A stretch of DNA of 64,000 nucleotides, taken from contig CADAZX010000001.1 of assembly GCA_902792515.1 (NCBI GenBank), positions 72,441 to 136,440 of the forward strand. The letters are read 5' to 3'. Positions 26,043 through 35,373 of the stretch are shown here, piece after piece. A model generated the notes under the pieces. The model did no database searches. It was not told the origin of the DNA and saw only the letters and a program-made list of their open reading frames with translations. Position 1 is the stretch's first letter; each line of letters begins with the position of its first letter. A program made the translations under genes and the position numbers. The stretch comes from an uncultured Ruminococcus sp. (GTDB lineage: Bacteria; Bacillota; Clostridia; UBA1212).

Positions 26043-28571
26043 TTAGAAATTGTTAGCCTGAGTCGTCCTCGAAATAATGTCGTCCTGGAGGGATCTGGAA
26101 AGCGTCGTGAACAGCGCGCTGTATCCCGCGACCCTTACCACGAGCGCTTTGTACTTCTCGGGGTGCTGCTGAGCGTCGAGCAGCGTCTCGCGGCTGACCA
26201 CGTTGAACTGCACGTGCATGCCCTTTCTGTTGAAGTACGTTCTCAGGTAGGTGATGAAGTCGTTGATGCCCTTCGGGCCCGAGAGCGCCGACGGGTGGAA
26301 CTTCTGGTTGTAGAGAGTTCCGTTGGAGGCGATCAGGTGGTCGATCTTCGCGACCGAGTTTGCCGCCGCCGTGGGTCCGAGCTTGTCCCTGCCCTGTGCG
26401 GGGCCGATGCCGTCCGCGATAGGAGCCTGCGAAAGTCTGCCGTCGGGAGTCGCGCACGACTGGGCGCCGAGCGGAACGTTCGCGGAGACCGGATAGAGGC
26501 CCGCCTGGAAGATGCCGCCGCGAGGATTCCTGAACGTCTCAAGCGGCTTTGTGTATGTGTACGCGACGTCTCTCGCGAAAAGGTCGATCTCGTCGATGTC
26601 GTTGCCGTACTTGGGAAGCGCCTCGATGTCGTCGAGCATCTTTTCGTAGAAATCGACACGCTCTTTGGGGAGCTGCTTGGATGCCGCCGCGCTCGCGTAT
26701 ACCGCCTTGATGACTTCGGGGGTGATCTCCCTGCCGTCCTTGGCGAGCTTAGCGCAGACCGTCTTCACGATGTGCTCCATATCGAGCGGCGTGAGCCCTT
26801 TTCCGAAGTTGTCCGCCATAGCCTGCTTGAAATCGGCCATCGTGTACTTTTTCTCCTCGAAAACGAGCTTTTTGATCGCGAACAGGCCGTCCGCGACGTT
26901 GGCGATACCGAAGCCTTGAGGGCCGGTGAAGTTGTAGATCGCTCCGCCCTCTTCCACGCACTTGCCGGATTCGAAGCACCCGTCTGTGAGGCAGGACTCG
27001 AACGGAAGCGGGCTTCTCTGAGCGTGGGCGTAATCTATCGCGTTGATTGCGTTTACCATCAGCGCGATGGAGGTTGTCATCTGCTTCTTGTAGGCGTTGT
27101 AGAGCTCGTCGAACGTAGTCATCTTGAGCACGTCGCCCGTCTCGACAGTTACAAGCTCGCCGTCCTCCCAGCCGTTCGTGAACGTGAGCTCGAGAGGTCT
27201 GAGCATGTTGAAGAACGCCGCGTCGTGCCAGCCGTCGGTCTTGCCCGGAACCTGGGGCTCCACGCAGCCGATAATGTTGTACTCGCGCGCCTCTTCAAGC
27301 GGAATTCCGCGGTTCATGAGGGCGGGAATGATGACCTCGTCGTTGTAGTAAGCCGGGAGGCCGATACCGGTTCTGGTGAGCTCGACCGCCTTCACAAGGA
27401 TCTCGTGGGGCGTTCCGTTCCAGATCCTGATGGAAAGAGAAGGCATCGGCAGTCCGGTGTGCATGGAAGCTTCGATGCACATCGCGGAAAGGTCGTTCGT
27501 GACGTCCTTGCCGTCCCTGTCCTGGCCGCTTACGATCAGGTTCTGGAAGAGGCTGTAGCCGGCGAATCCCTCCGCGGAAGCGGCGTCGCGGCACTTGTTG
27601 AGGTCGTTCAGCTTGATCCAGATGCAGTCGAGAAGCTCCTGCGCGGACTCTCTCGTGATCGTACCTGCGTCGAGGTCCTTTTTATAATAAGGATACATAT
27701 ACTGGTCGAATCTTCCGGGCGAGATCGAGTGGCCGCTCGACTCAAGCTGGAGGAGCTGCTGCACGAACCAGAAAGCCTGGCACGCCTCGTGGAACGACTT
27801 GGCCGGATTCTCGGGAACGTTGCGGCACACCTGCGCGATCTTAAGCAGGTCGGTGCGCCTCTCGCCGCTCGCGGACTGAGCCATTTTCTCAGCCAGATCA
27901 GCGTATCTGTTGGCATATCTGATGACCGCCTTGCAGCTTCTGATGACCGCCTCATAGAAGATCCTGCGCTTGCACGCGTCTGCCTTGCCTACGCACATCT
28001 CCGCCATTTCCTTTTCGGCTCTCGCGATGACGCCCTTGAGGCCCTCGCCGAGAACGGTCCAGTATGTGACCGTGATGTGGCCGATGCCGTTGTAGAAATA
28101 GTTGCCCGGCGTGAAAATGTTGTGGTTAATCGCCCTGAGAGCTCTCGGGTCCATAAACGCCGTCGCGAGCTCGCTTGTAGTCTTGTTCTTCCAGTACTTG
28201 TCCGCCTCCGCGATCCTGCGCTTGGCGTCTTCGCTGATATTGAACGGGTCCGCCTTTCTGTCGGCGACGGTGTCGAACTCCGCCTCGAGCCACTCGTACG
28301 AGAACTCCGGATAAGTCTGGCAGCCTCTCATTTTAATCGTGGTGCTGCCGACGATGAGTTCGTCGTCGCGGATGACGATCGGAATGTTGTCCAGAATGTG
28401 CTCGAACGCCCTCGATTTCCTCTCCACCTCGGGAAGGTTCTCGGTAGCTTTGTACGACTCTGTAATAAGTTCAGCCCTCGCCGGCTCAATCTCCGGTTTA
28501 GCATTATAAAAGGCGTCAAGGAGTCTGTCGATTCTGGCGGTCTTTTTGATTGGGCTCGTATCGAAATTCAT
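26043..28571 (-). CDS. Glycyl radical enzyme, probable B12-independent 1,2-propanediol dehydratase (PFL2/glycerol-dehydratase class)
   Basis: 842 aa. Glycine-radical motif RVAGYSALF near the C-terminus. Eliminase-type active-site loop GCVEP. N-terminal region (ELITESYKATE...AFEHIL...IRDDELIVGSTT) and the internal WFVQQLLQLESSGHSISPGRFDQYMYPYY block match remembered diol-dehydratase sequences. Confidence 0.7.
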   Translation of the reverse strand: MNFDTSPIKKTARIDRLLDAFYNAKPEIEPARAELITESYKATENLPEVERKSRAFEHILDNIPIVIRDDELIVGSTTIKMRGCQTYPEFSYEWLEAEFDTVADRKADPFNISEDAKRRIAEADKYWKNKTTSELATAFMDPRALRAINHNIFTPGNYFYNGIGHITVTYWTVLGEGLKGVIARAEKEMAEMCVGKADACKRRIFYEAVIRSCKAVIRYANRYADLAEKMAQSASGERRTDLLKIAQVCRNVPENPAKSFHEACQAFWFVQQLLQLESSGHSISPGRFDQYMYPYYKKDLDAGTITRESAQELLDCIWIKLNDLNKCRDAASAEGFAGYSLFQNLIVSGQDRDGKDVTNDLSAMCIEASMHTGLPMPSLSIRIWNGTPHEILVKAVELTRTGIGLPAYYNDEVIIPALMNRGIPLEEAREYNIIGCVEPQVPGKTDGWHDAAFFNMLRPLELTFTNGWEDGELVTVETGDVLKMTTFDELYNAYKKQMTTSIALMVNAINAIDYAHAQRSPLPFESCLTDGCFESGKCVEEGGAIYNFTGPQGFGIANVADGLFAIKKLVFEEKKYTMADFKQAMADNFGKGLTPLDMEHIVKTVCAKLAKDGREITPEVIKAVYASAAASKQLPKERVDFYEKMLDDIEALPKYGNDIDEIDLFARDVAYTYTKPLETFRNPRGGIFQAGLYPVSANVPLGAQSCATPDGRLSQAPIADGIGPAQGRDKLGPTAAANSVAKIDHLIASNGTLYNQKFHPSALSGPKGINDFITYLRTYFNRKGMHVQFNVVSRETLLDAQQHPEKYKALVVRVAGYSALFTTLSRSLQDDIISRTTQANNF

Positions 28572-28796
28572 GTCATTCCTCCGTACTTTTCCTTCAAGGG
28601 CGCGTTTTCCGCCCCCTGTCTCAGCTATATATCGTTTTAAAAACGCTTTTCATCTTTAGAAAGCTCTAATTTAACGGCAAACTGCGATAACAAGTATATT
28701 GTAACCCGTTTGCCGCTTGCGCAAAGAGCATTTAATCGGCGTTTCCTTCGGAAAATACCGCAAGGCATAGTAAGGCCTATTACGGAAACTACATAT

Positions 28797-28825
28797 AGTA
28801 TACCACCCGTTTCCCGCACCGTCAA
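28797..28825 (-). promoter_or_regulatory. Sigma70 promoter of the microcompartment operon (TTGACG-N17-TATACT) with an upstream A-tract UP-like region
   Basis: Minus-strand read: gcggTTGACGgtgcgggaaacgggtggTATACTatatg, about 215 nt upstream of the glycyl-radical-enzyme ATG. An A-rich (aacaacaaaaaa)n region lies at 28835-28900. Confidence 0.6.
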
Positions 28826-28998
28826 CCGCTTTTTGAACTTTTTTGTTGTTTTTGAGAAATAATTATAGAATTTTTTGTTGTTTTTTGTTGTTTTCACACA
28901 TTGTTATGACTGATTCCACAACAGCATCCCACATCGCAGTCAAATAATGACGTATTTCAACCGAAACAAGAATCAATTTGCGGGCACTACAGATTGTA

Positions 28999-29032
28999 AA
29001 AACAAAAACCGCCCCGGGGGGCGGCTGAGTTT
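28999..29032 (-). terminator. Rho-independent terminator after the 29106..29894 gene
   Basis: Minus-strand read: CCGCCCCCCGGGGCGG hairpin followed by tttttgttttt. Confidence 0.7.
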
Positions 29033-29105
29033 AATGTATCAATTAAGGGGCCGGAATTACGGCTGAAATTACGGCAGCGCCTCTCCCGCCGGGAAAACCC
29101 GTCTT

Positions 29106-29894
29106 CTATTTCCGCAGTTTTTCCCAGAACAACTCCCAGTCGACGGGAGACGCGTTCGGATCGTTTTTGCGACGTTCGTTCCACCGCTTTCTCGCCCGTT
29201 TGAACTCCAGGGGAATACCGACAGCGACCGTGGCAATCACCCCCAAAACAACGGCCAAAACCGCATAATCAATGATCAACTGCGGCGTATTCGCGTCGTA
29301 CAGTACCGTTTCGACGCCCTCCGGGTTTCTTGAAACAAGCTTGGAATATGACGACGAAAAGATATTAAACAGGCCCTTCTCGTTTTTCGCGGTATATTCG
29401 GTGTCGCCGGCAGTCCGCTTGTCTGCCCAAACGTTTTCGTCCCAGTATTCTCTGTTTGCGGGCGTTTCCTGAATTCTGAGTATGTCGACGATATTCCCGT
29501 CCGGGTCCACGGTTATTGCGAGGTCGCTGCGAACGGAATATATGTCGATGCAGCCGCCGTTGAACGCGACGCCGAAAGACCCCTCTTCGCGGTACGTGAA
29601 CCCGTACTTGAAATTGCCGCCGGCGTCGTACACGCATATGTTGGCGCGGGTGAGCATTTTGGTCCCGATGACTACGTTGCCTTCACCGTCGACGTCAAAA
29701 CTGCGAATGCCCATGATTTGGCGCGGTTCTTCCGCCAAAGCACGCAAGGAAATGTTGCCGGCTATGTTCTTCTTGGACTTCTCCGGCAGTTCTACTGTGG
29801 AAAAGCCGGCAGGGCCCGCAAGCACCGCGGTGCCGAAGCAGGCTGAGACCAGCAAGAATACAAAAAGCGGGAGCAGCAAATATCTTTTCTTCAA
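29106..29894 (-). CDS. Hypothetical secreted/membrane protein (signal peptide plus C-terminal TM helix)
   Basis: MKKRYLLLPLFVFLLVSAC at the N-terminus. A hydrophobic helix AVLAVVLGVIATVAVGIP lies near the C-terminus, followed by a basic tail. Confidence 0.5.
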   Translation of the reverse strand: MKKRYLLLPLFVFLLVSACFGTAVLAGPAGFSTVELPEKSKKNIAGNISLRALAEEPRQIMGIRSFDVDGEGNVVIGTKMLTRANICVYDAGGNFKYGFTYREEGSFGVAFNGGCIDIYSVRSDLAITVDPDGNIVDILRIQETPANREYWDENVWADKRTAGDTEYTAKNEKGLFNIFSSSYSKLVSRNPEGVETVLYDANTPQLIIDYAVLAVVLGVIATVAVGIPLEFKRARKRWNERRKNDPNASPVDWELFWEKLRK

Positions 29895-29949
29895 TGTTCC
29901 CGCCTCCTTATCTAATAATATGTATTGAAACCGTCAAATCAACTTTCCG

Positions 29950-30729
29950 CTATTTCAAGCCAAGCGCGATGTTCCTGATTGTACGGATCACGTCGGACGT
30001 CACGAATTCCGCGATGTCCTCCCTGTCGGCGGCGCTCCCCTCGATCGCGAACGAAAAGTCGACGGCTTTAAGCATGCCGAAATCGTTCACGCCGTCGCCG
30101 AACGCCATCGCCTCAGTGCGCGTGACGCCGAATTTTTCCATCACCACGCCAAGCGCGAACCCCTTGTCGGTGCCGGCCGAGACGAACTCGCACCACTTCC
30201 CGTTCCTGAAAACGCAGTTGAGGTACGGTGCCCAGTCCGCGGCGAGATACTCATAATCGGACGGATTCTCCGAAAAAACCGAGATCTTGTACACCGGTTC
30301 GCGGATCTCCGCGACTGACGCGACCTTTTTGAGATGGCCCCTCATTGTGTCGTCGGCCGCGAGCTGTTTTTCCGCGCGGAGACCGTTTCCGACCGTGAAG
30401 CAGTCGGTCGCGCCGTAGTAGATGACGTCGCACCCGGCTTTCAGCTTTTCGGGAAATCCGTCCGCGAAGGCCCTGACAATGTTCACGTCGACAGGCCTGT
30501 CGGAGATCACCGCGCCGTTAAAAAGGACAAGCGCGCCGTCGTACGCGGCAATCACCGTGCTCTTCCCGGCACCCGGGAAAAGTCTTAAAACGTCGGTAAC
30601 GGGCCGCCCCGTCGCGATCATCGGCAGAATTCCGGTATTGTCAAGCACCCCCGGGAAGCCTTTTCCCGAAGCGGGGTCGTTTTTGTGAAGTAAAGTGTTG
30701 TCGATGTCGCAGCAGACAAGTTTTATCAT
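29950..30729 (-). CDS. HAD-superfamily hydrolase, Cof-type (subfamily IIB)
   Basis: CCDIDNTLL motif I and a C-terminal GDGVND motif. Confidence 0.85.
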   Translation of the reverse strand: MIKLVCCDIDNTLLHKNDPASGKGFPGVLDNTGILPMIATGRPVTDVLRLFPGAGKSTVIAAYDGALVLFNGAVISDRPVDVNIVRAFADGFPEKLKAGCDVIYYGATDCFTVGNGLRAEKQLAADDTMRGHLKKVASVAEIREPVYKISVFSENPSDYEYLAADWAPYLNCVFRNGKWCEFVSAGTDKGFALGVVMEKFGVTRTEAMAFGDGVNDFGMLKAVDFSFAIEGSAADREDIAEFVTSDVIRTIRNIALGLK

Positions 30730-30875
30730 GTCGCCCTCCGTTTTTAATGCTTCCGCCTTTTATTGTACGTCTCCGCGTTTAGAATTGCAAGCGCCGCATG
30801 CTCCCGGGTTCTGCTCCCGGCACGCTGCTTTTCTTGACACATTCTTATTACGGTCACCGGGAATTGCTTTAAAGA

Positions 30876-31949
30876 TCAGTCTTTAAAACACAACCACATC
30901 GCGGGTCGGACACCGGTATCGAGTTGTTGCAGTAAGCCGCCGTATGCCGGCATAACGCCCGCCGGGTCAACGACTGCCATGCCCGAGGTCTTCTGCGGGG
31001 GGGCGAAAGGATTCGTCTGTTCCATGGCGTGCGCCGGATTGCGGGTCCACCAGTAGCTCGCGAGTTCACCGTCCGTGGTCTTATCATATTCCGCTACGTA
31101 CAGTCCCTTTGACTTAGCGTAAGGAGTCCCCGCGCACCTCCTTGCCTCGTATGAATTGAAATATGTTTCGACTTCGAGCATGCTCAGGAGAAATAACCGG
31201 TCGTATGTACTGTTTCCCGGGTCGAGATTGGGATCATCGGGATTTTCGGTATTCTTGTCCGCCGGAACATGCGAAAGTTGTATCGACGACCGCTCTTCCG
31301 GAGTGAACGCACCGTTGAGGAACGTACTGCTTAGCCACTCGCGCAGGTCGCACGTCTCCCATTTCTGCTTATCCTTGTCCGAGCCGGTGTTGACAGGCTG
31401 ACAATCGAGTATGTATTTGCTTACAAGAAGCGCCTTGTTGTCAGCTTTCTTCAAAACCAGCCATTCGATTTTTTCTTTCCCGTTGCCGGCGTTGTTGTCC
31501 TGCTCGTACGATCCGAATTTGATAATGTCGCCGGCCTTTAAATTTTTGTACACTGATAGTGACAGAGGATTAGGCGTCGGCGTAGGAGTAGGCGTGGGAG
31601 TCGGTGTCGGCGTGGGCGTCGGTGTCGGCGTAGGAGTAGGGGTAGGCGTGGGCGTCGGCGTCGGTGTCGGTGTAGGCGTGGGCGTCGGCGTACACTCTGT
31701 GGGGGCAATATCAAGCCAAGATCCTGTAGACGCAGGCGTCGGTTTCGAAGTAATCTCCGGCGTTATCTCCGGCGTGACTCCCTCCGTAACCTCCGGCAGC
31801 TTTGTGGCACCTGGCGTATTCAAAGCCGCAACCTCTTCGGTGTTCTGCGGCGGCGTGAAAGGCAGACAGCCCGCGAGCATTATAACGGCCAGAAGAAGAA
31901 CAGCCGGCAGTATTGCACGTTTCCGCCTCATATTCGTGGTGTTAAACAT
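30876..31949 (-). CDS. Lipoprotein with a (TP)n linker and a C-terminal DUF6273-like domain
   Basis: Start reassigned to MFNTTNMRRKRAILPAVLLLAVIMLAGC (RBS AAAGGAGG, lipobox LAGC). A (TP)30-type linker and a C-terminal GDIIKFGSYEQDN...IEWLVL...YWWTRNP...VRPAMWL domain follow. The upstream part of track ORF 30876..32123 is non-coding repeat DNA. Confidence 0.65.
   Translation of the reverse strand: MFNTTNMRRKRAILPAVLLLAVIMLAGCLPFTPPQNTEEVAALNTPGATKLPEVTEGVTPEITPEITSKPTPASTGSWLDIAPTECTPTPTPTPTPTPTPTPTPTPTPTPTPTPTPTPTPTPTPTPNPLSLSVYKNLKAGDIIKFGSYEQDNNAGNGKEKIEWLVLKKADNKALLVSKYILDCQPVNTGSDKDKQKWETCDLREWLSSTFLNGAFTPEERSSIQLSHVPADKNTENPDDPNLDPGNSTYDRLFLLSMLEVETYFNSYEARRCAGTPYAKSKGLYVAEYDKTTDGELASYWWTRNPAHAMEQTNPFAPPQKTSGMAVVDPAGVMPAYGGLLQQLDTGVRPAMWLCFKD
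31561..31700. repeat. Coding hexanucleotide microsatellite (GGCGTN)n encoding the (TP)n linker
   Basis: About 23 tandem units ggcgtc/ggcgta/ggagta/ggtgtc, read directly. Confidence 0.85.
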
Positions 31950-31975
31950 GTGATCGCCTCCTTTAAAATCATCAG

Positions 31976-32035
31976 TTTGGGAAGTATCAGTCTGAGAAGT
32001 ATCAGTTTGAGAAGTATCAGTCCGAAAAGTATTCG
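31976..32035. repeat. 15-bp tandem direct repeat (gaagtatcagtytga), about 3.5 copies, upstream of the lipoprotein gene
   Basis: ttgggaagtatcagtctgagaagtatcagtttgagaagtatcagtccgaaaagtattcg. Confidence 0.8.
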
Positions 32036-32041
32036 CGAACC

Positions 32042-32524
32042 TCAGCCGCGAACCATTCTTATCACGGTCACGGGGGTCCCGATCACGAGCTCCTGCTCGA
32101 ATCCGTCCCTCACGAAGCCGCACTTTTCATAAAATCTGATTGCGCGCGCGTTGTTTTTCAGCACCCTTACGAACGCGCGCTTCCCTTCAAGCTTTTCAAG
32201 TCCGGCGTCCATCAGCGCCATGCCGATGCCGGTCCCATAGTACTCCGGAAGAACATACAATGCATAAATTTCCCCCGCGCCGGGAAGGTCTTCGACTCTG
32301 CCCTCCCCGTAGGCGCAAAAGCCTGCGACCTTTTCGCCGACCTTGGCGACAAGAGTGTTTTCTGGGTATTTGAACGCCGCCGCGGTGCACTTTTCGAGCG
32401 TCAGCGCTTCAAGGTACGATGCGTCGACGAGCCCCCTGTACGCCTCCTGCCACGATTTCCAGTGCACGTACGCCTTCCCGGCGATCTCGCCGTCCGTCTC
32501 CATTTTTTTGATCTCGAATTCCAC
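32042..32524 (-). CDS. GNAT-family N-acetyltransferase
   Basis: Acetyl-CoA binding motif (YVLPEYYGTGIGMAL), ~160 aa. Confidence 0.85.
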   Translation of the reverse strand: MEFEIKKMETDGEIAGKAYVHWKSWQEAYRGLVDASYLEALTLEKCTAAAFKYPENTLVAKVGEKVAGFCAYGEGRVEDLPGAGEIYALYVLPEYYGTGIGMALMDAGLEKLEGKRAFVRVLKNNARAIRFYEKCGFVRDGFEQELVIGTPVTVIRMVRG

Positions 32525-32575
32525 GGCTGCTCTCCTTAAATTTCACCTGAAAATAGGTTGACACAAAGTTTATGA

Positions 32576-34903
32576 TCACGCGTCGATATCCACCGATACG
32601 TAAACTCCGCGCTCGTTTCTCATGAGCGGAACGGCGTCTTTTTCGTTGAAAACGTTCATCAGCCCGATCAGCGCGTCAACGTCCGCGCTCACCGCCGCAA
32701 ACCGCCAGAAATACCTGTCGTCGATCTTCGGGACAGCCGTGCGGGTGACCCTCATGACTTCGGCGTCAAACCCCGTCTCCGCGTCCTTCAGGGCGGCTTC
32801 GATTTTACCCCTGAACGCCGCCGCGGTGTCGTAAACGTGCCTGTCGTTTTTGCCTGACACCGTCACGAACGCGATCGCCGAAAAAGGCGGGAACCCGACC
32901 GACTCCCTGAAAGCGATCTCCCGTTTGTAGAACGAGTCGTAGTCCTGCGCGCACGCGTCCGCGACAAGGCTTGAATTGGGCTCAAGAGTCTGCAGCACGC
33001 ACCTTCCCGGCTTTTCGGCGGTCCTTCCCGCCCTGCCGAAAACCTGCGTAAGCAGCTGGAACGCGCGCTCCGAGGCGTTGTATTCGCTCATATTCGCGAG
33101 AGAGTCCGCGTTGATAACGCCCACAAGCGTCACGTTCGGGAAGTCGAGTCCCTTGGCGACCATCTGCGTGCCGACGAGCACCGGTACCTTTTCATTTTCG
33201 AAGCGCTCGATTATCTTTCTGTGGCCGTCGACCGAACGCGTGGTGTCGTTGTCCATTCTAAGGACCGGCACGCCCGGGAAGAGCGCCGAGATTTCCTCCG
33301 CGACAGCCTCGGTTCCGTAGGTTTTGCCTGTGATGCTTCTCGAACCGCAGTTCGGGCACACGGAAGGCACCGGCGCGGTCGTGCCGCAGTAGTGGCAGAT
33401 GAGCCTTCCCGCGGACTTGTGGTACGTGACGGGAATGTGACAGTATCTGCACCCGATGGTCTTGCCGCACGCAAGGCACACAAGCCTCGCAGAGTGGCCT
33501 CTCCGCGGTATAAAAATGATAGTCTGCTCGCCCGCCTCAATATTCTTCGCGATCTCCGCGGCGAGTGCGGGCGATACGGGCGAGCGAAGTCCGTTTGCGA
33601 TCTCGGCCTTCATGTCGACCGTGATCACCTCCGGAAGCGCGCCGCTCTGCGCCCTTTTCGACAAATAAGCGTACCCGATCCGGCCCTGCAGCGCTTTATA
33701 ATATGTTGTCACGCGCGGCGTCGCGGAGCCGTAAACGACCGTTCCGCCGGCGATCTTCATGCGCATTGCCGCGACCTCTGTAGCGTTGTAGTACGGCCTC
33801 TGTTCGAACGACTTGTAGGACGGCTCCTGCTCCTCGTCGACTATTATCAGCCCCAAATCCTTGACCGGCGCGAAAACGGCCGACCTGACGCCGAGAACGA
33901 TCTTCGCCTCGCCCGCGAGCATTCTCTCATACTCGCACGCGCGCTGCTTGTCTCCAAGCCTGGAGTGAATTATCGCCACGCCGTCGCCGAACCTTCCCCT
34001 CACGCGCCTTATCATCTGCTCTGTGAGCGCGATTTCGGGAACGAGCAGTATCGCTCCCTTACCTCTCTCTGTCGCGTGTTCGATAACGTCGAAATAGACC
34101 TCCGTTTTGCCGCTTCCGGTGACGCCCCTTAAAAGGAACTCCCCGAACTCTCCGGAGTCCACAATATCTTTTATTTTCCGCGCCGCGCCGCTCTGCTCCT
34201 GTGAAAGGTCCACACGCTTTGCGTACCTGTCGGCGCCGTCCCCTGCCGGAACTGACTTTTTTTCCGCATATTTCCGGGAAATCTCGTCAAGGTCGTCGCC
34301 CGCAAGGCGGCTCACCTTTTCGATCTCGCGCACGATTATTCCCGCGCCGGTCAGCCTTTTCATATCCGCCGGCCCTGTATCGCAAAGGTTCACGGCCTCC
34401 GCCTCTTCCACGCCCTCCGGGTTTTCCGCGAGCAGCTTCACGAGGTCGTACGCCTGTTTTTTCTTTTTCGGAGTGCCGTCGACGAAAGCGACCGCGTCCT
34501 CGTAGGGCACCGCGAGCCGGAGTTTTTTCACCCTTTCGGTCACCTGGACGCGTTTTTGCGCGACGGTTTTATATACCTCCGCCGCCGTGCAGACGTAGCG
34601 TTTCGCCATGACGTCGCAAAGGGCCAGAAGCTCCCTGCCGAGCGGAATGTAGCGGAGGTTTATGCCGGCGATCTCCTTCACGTTCACGGTTCTGCCGCTT
34701 TCCAGGGCCTTCACACGCTCCCCGTTTCCGCCGCCGTCCTTAAGCGACGTCACGATGCCGAGCTCCGTCTTGTCGCCCGCCCCGAAAGGCACATCGACAA
34801 AAACACCCACGTCGAGTCCTTGTTTCAGTTTGTCGGGAACAACGTAGGTGTAATTAATGTCGTATGAGCTGTTGGATCTGATTATGCGAACGTCTGCAAG
34901 CAC
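32576..34903 (-). CDS. priA: Primosomal protein N' (PriA replication-restart helicase)
   Basis: Walker A GVTGSGKTEVY, DEAH-like DEEQE, and a Cys-rich zinc-binding insert (CLACG...CHYCG...CPNCG). 775 aa. Confidence 0.95.
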   Translation of the reverse strand: MLADVRIIRSNSSYDINYTYVVPDKLKQGLDVGVFVDVPFGAGDKTELGIVTSLKDGGGNGERVKALESGRTVNVKEIAGINLRYIPLGRELLALCDVMAKRYVCTAAEVYKTVAQKRVQVTERVKKLRLAVPYEDAVAFVDGTPKKKKQAYDLVKLLAENPEGVEEAEAVNLCDTGPADMKRLTGAGIIVREIEKVSRLAGDDLDEISRKYAEKKSVPAGDGADRYAKRVDLSQEQSGAARKIKDIVDSGEFGEFLLRGVTGSGKTEVYFDVIEHATERGKGAILLVPEIALTEQMIRRVRGRFGDGVAIIHSRLGDKQRACEYERMLAGEAKIVLGVRSAVFAPVKDLGLIIVDEEQEPSYKSFEQRPYYNATEVAAMRMKIAGGTVVYGSATPRVTTYYKALQGRIGYAYLSKRAQSGALPEVITVDMKAEIANGLRSPVSPALAAEIAKNIEAGEQTIIFIPRRGHSARLVCLACGKTIGCRYCHIPVTYHKSAGRLICHYCGTTAPVPSVCPNCGSRSITGKTYGTEAVAEEISALFPGVPVLRMDNDTTRSVDGHRKIIERFENEKVPVLVGTQMVAKGLDFPNVTLVGVINADSLANMSEYNASERAFQLLTQVFGRAGRTAEKPGRCVLQTLEPNSSLVADACAQDYDSFYKREIAFRESVGFPPFSAIAFVTVSGKNDRHVYDTAAAFRGKIEAALKDAETGFDAEVMRVTRTAVPKIDDRYFWRFAAVSADVDALIGLMNVFNEKDAVPLMRNERGVYVSVDIDA

Positions 34904-34971
34904 TTTTCAACGCTCCCGCCAATAATAGATGTGTCCGGTATTCCGGTGTCCGCCGGCACCCGCGGCATAAA

Positions 34972-35373
34972 TCAGACGAATTCCGCGATATACTCGGGAA
35001 TGTTATTCTCGTCGCCGTTGATGCTGATGAAGAAGTCGAGGCAGTTGTCCTTGTTGATGACCTTGAGCCCGTCGAAAAAGGCTTTAAGGTCTGTGTCGCC
35101 GACAATGTAGTTGAGTCCGTCGATAAAGATCGTCTCGATGTCGTAGTTCTGCGACGCGACTCCGCAGATAAAGCCCAAAAAAGAATCGGCGCCCTGCACG
35201 GGGTAGTCCTTGACGTTCACGAATCTGATCTCGCGTGCCAGTTTCATCATCTGTTCGTTGCTGTCGTCTATATAAACAACGTTGCCCTTCGCGTTGACAA
35301 CGATTCCGTTCGCGTTTTCAAGCATGTGCTTCGTCTTGCCGGTACCTTTTTTGCCGTAAAAAACTTTTATCAT
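34972..35373 (-). CDS. Small P-loop NTPase-like hypothetical protein
   Basis: Start reassigned to MIKVFYGKKGTGKTKHML (RBS AACGGAGGA). The Walker A-like motif is GKKGTGKT. Confidence 0.45.
   Translation of the reverse strand: MIKVFYGKKGTGKTKHMLENANGIVVNAKGNVVYIDDSNEQMMKLAREIRFVNVKDYPVQGADSFLGFICGVASQNYDIETIFIDGLNYIVGDTDLKAFFDGLKVINKDNCLDFFISINGDENNIPEYIAEFV

Noticed and set aside
28637-28897. 86-aa ORF in the microcompartment-operon leader
   Set aside because: It lies in AT-rich promoter/UTR DNA, has a Lys/Phe/Tyr-rich low-complexity translation and no RBS. It overlaps the -35/-10 elements.
31950-32123. TDTSQTDTSQTD-repeat N-terminus of track ORF 30876..32123
   Set aside because: This segment is the 15-bp non-coding tandem repeat read in frame. 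The real start, with an AAAGGAGG RBS and a signal-peptide/lipobox, is at 31947-31949.
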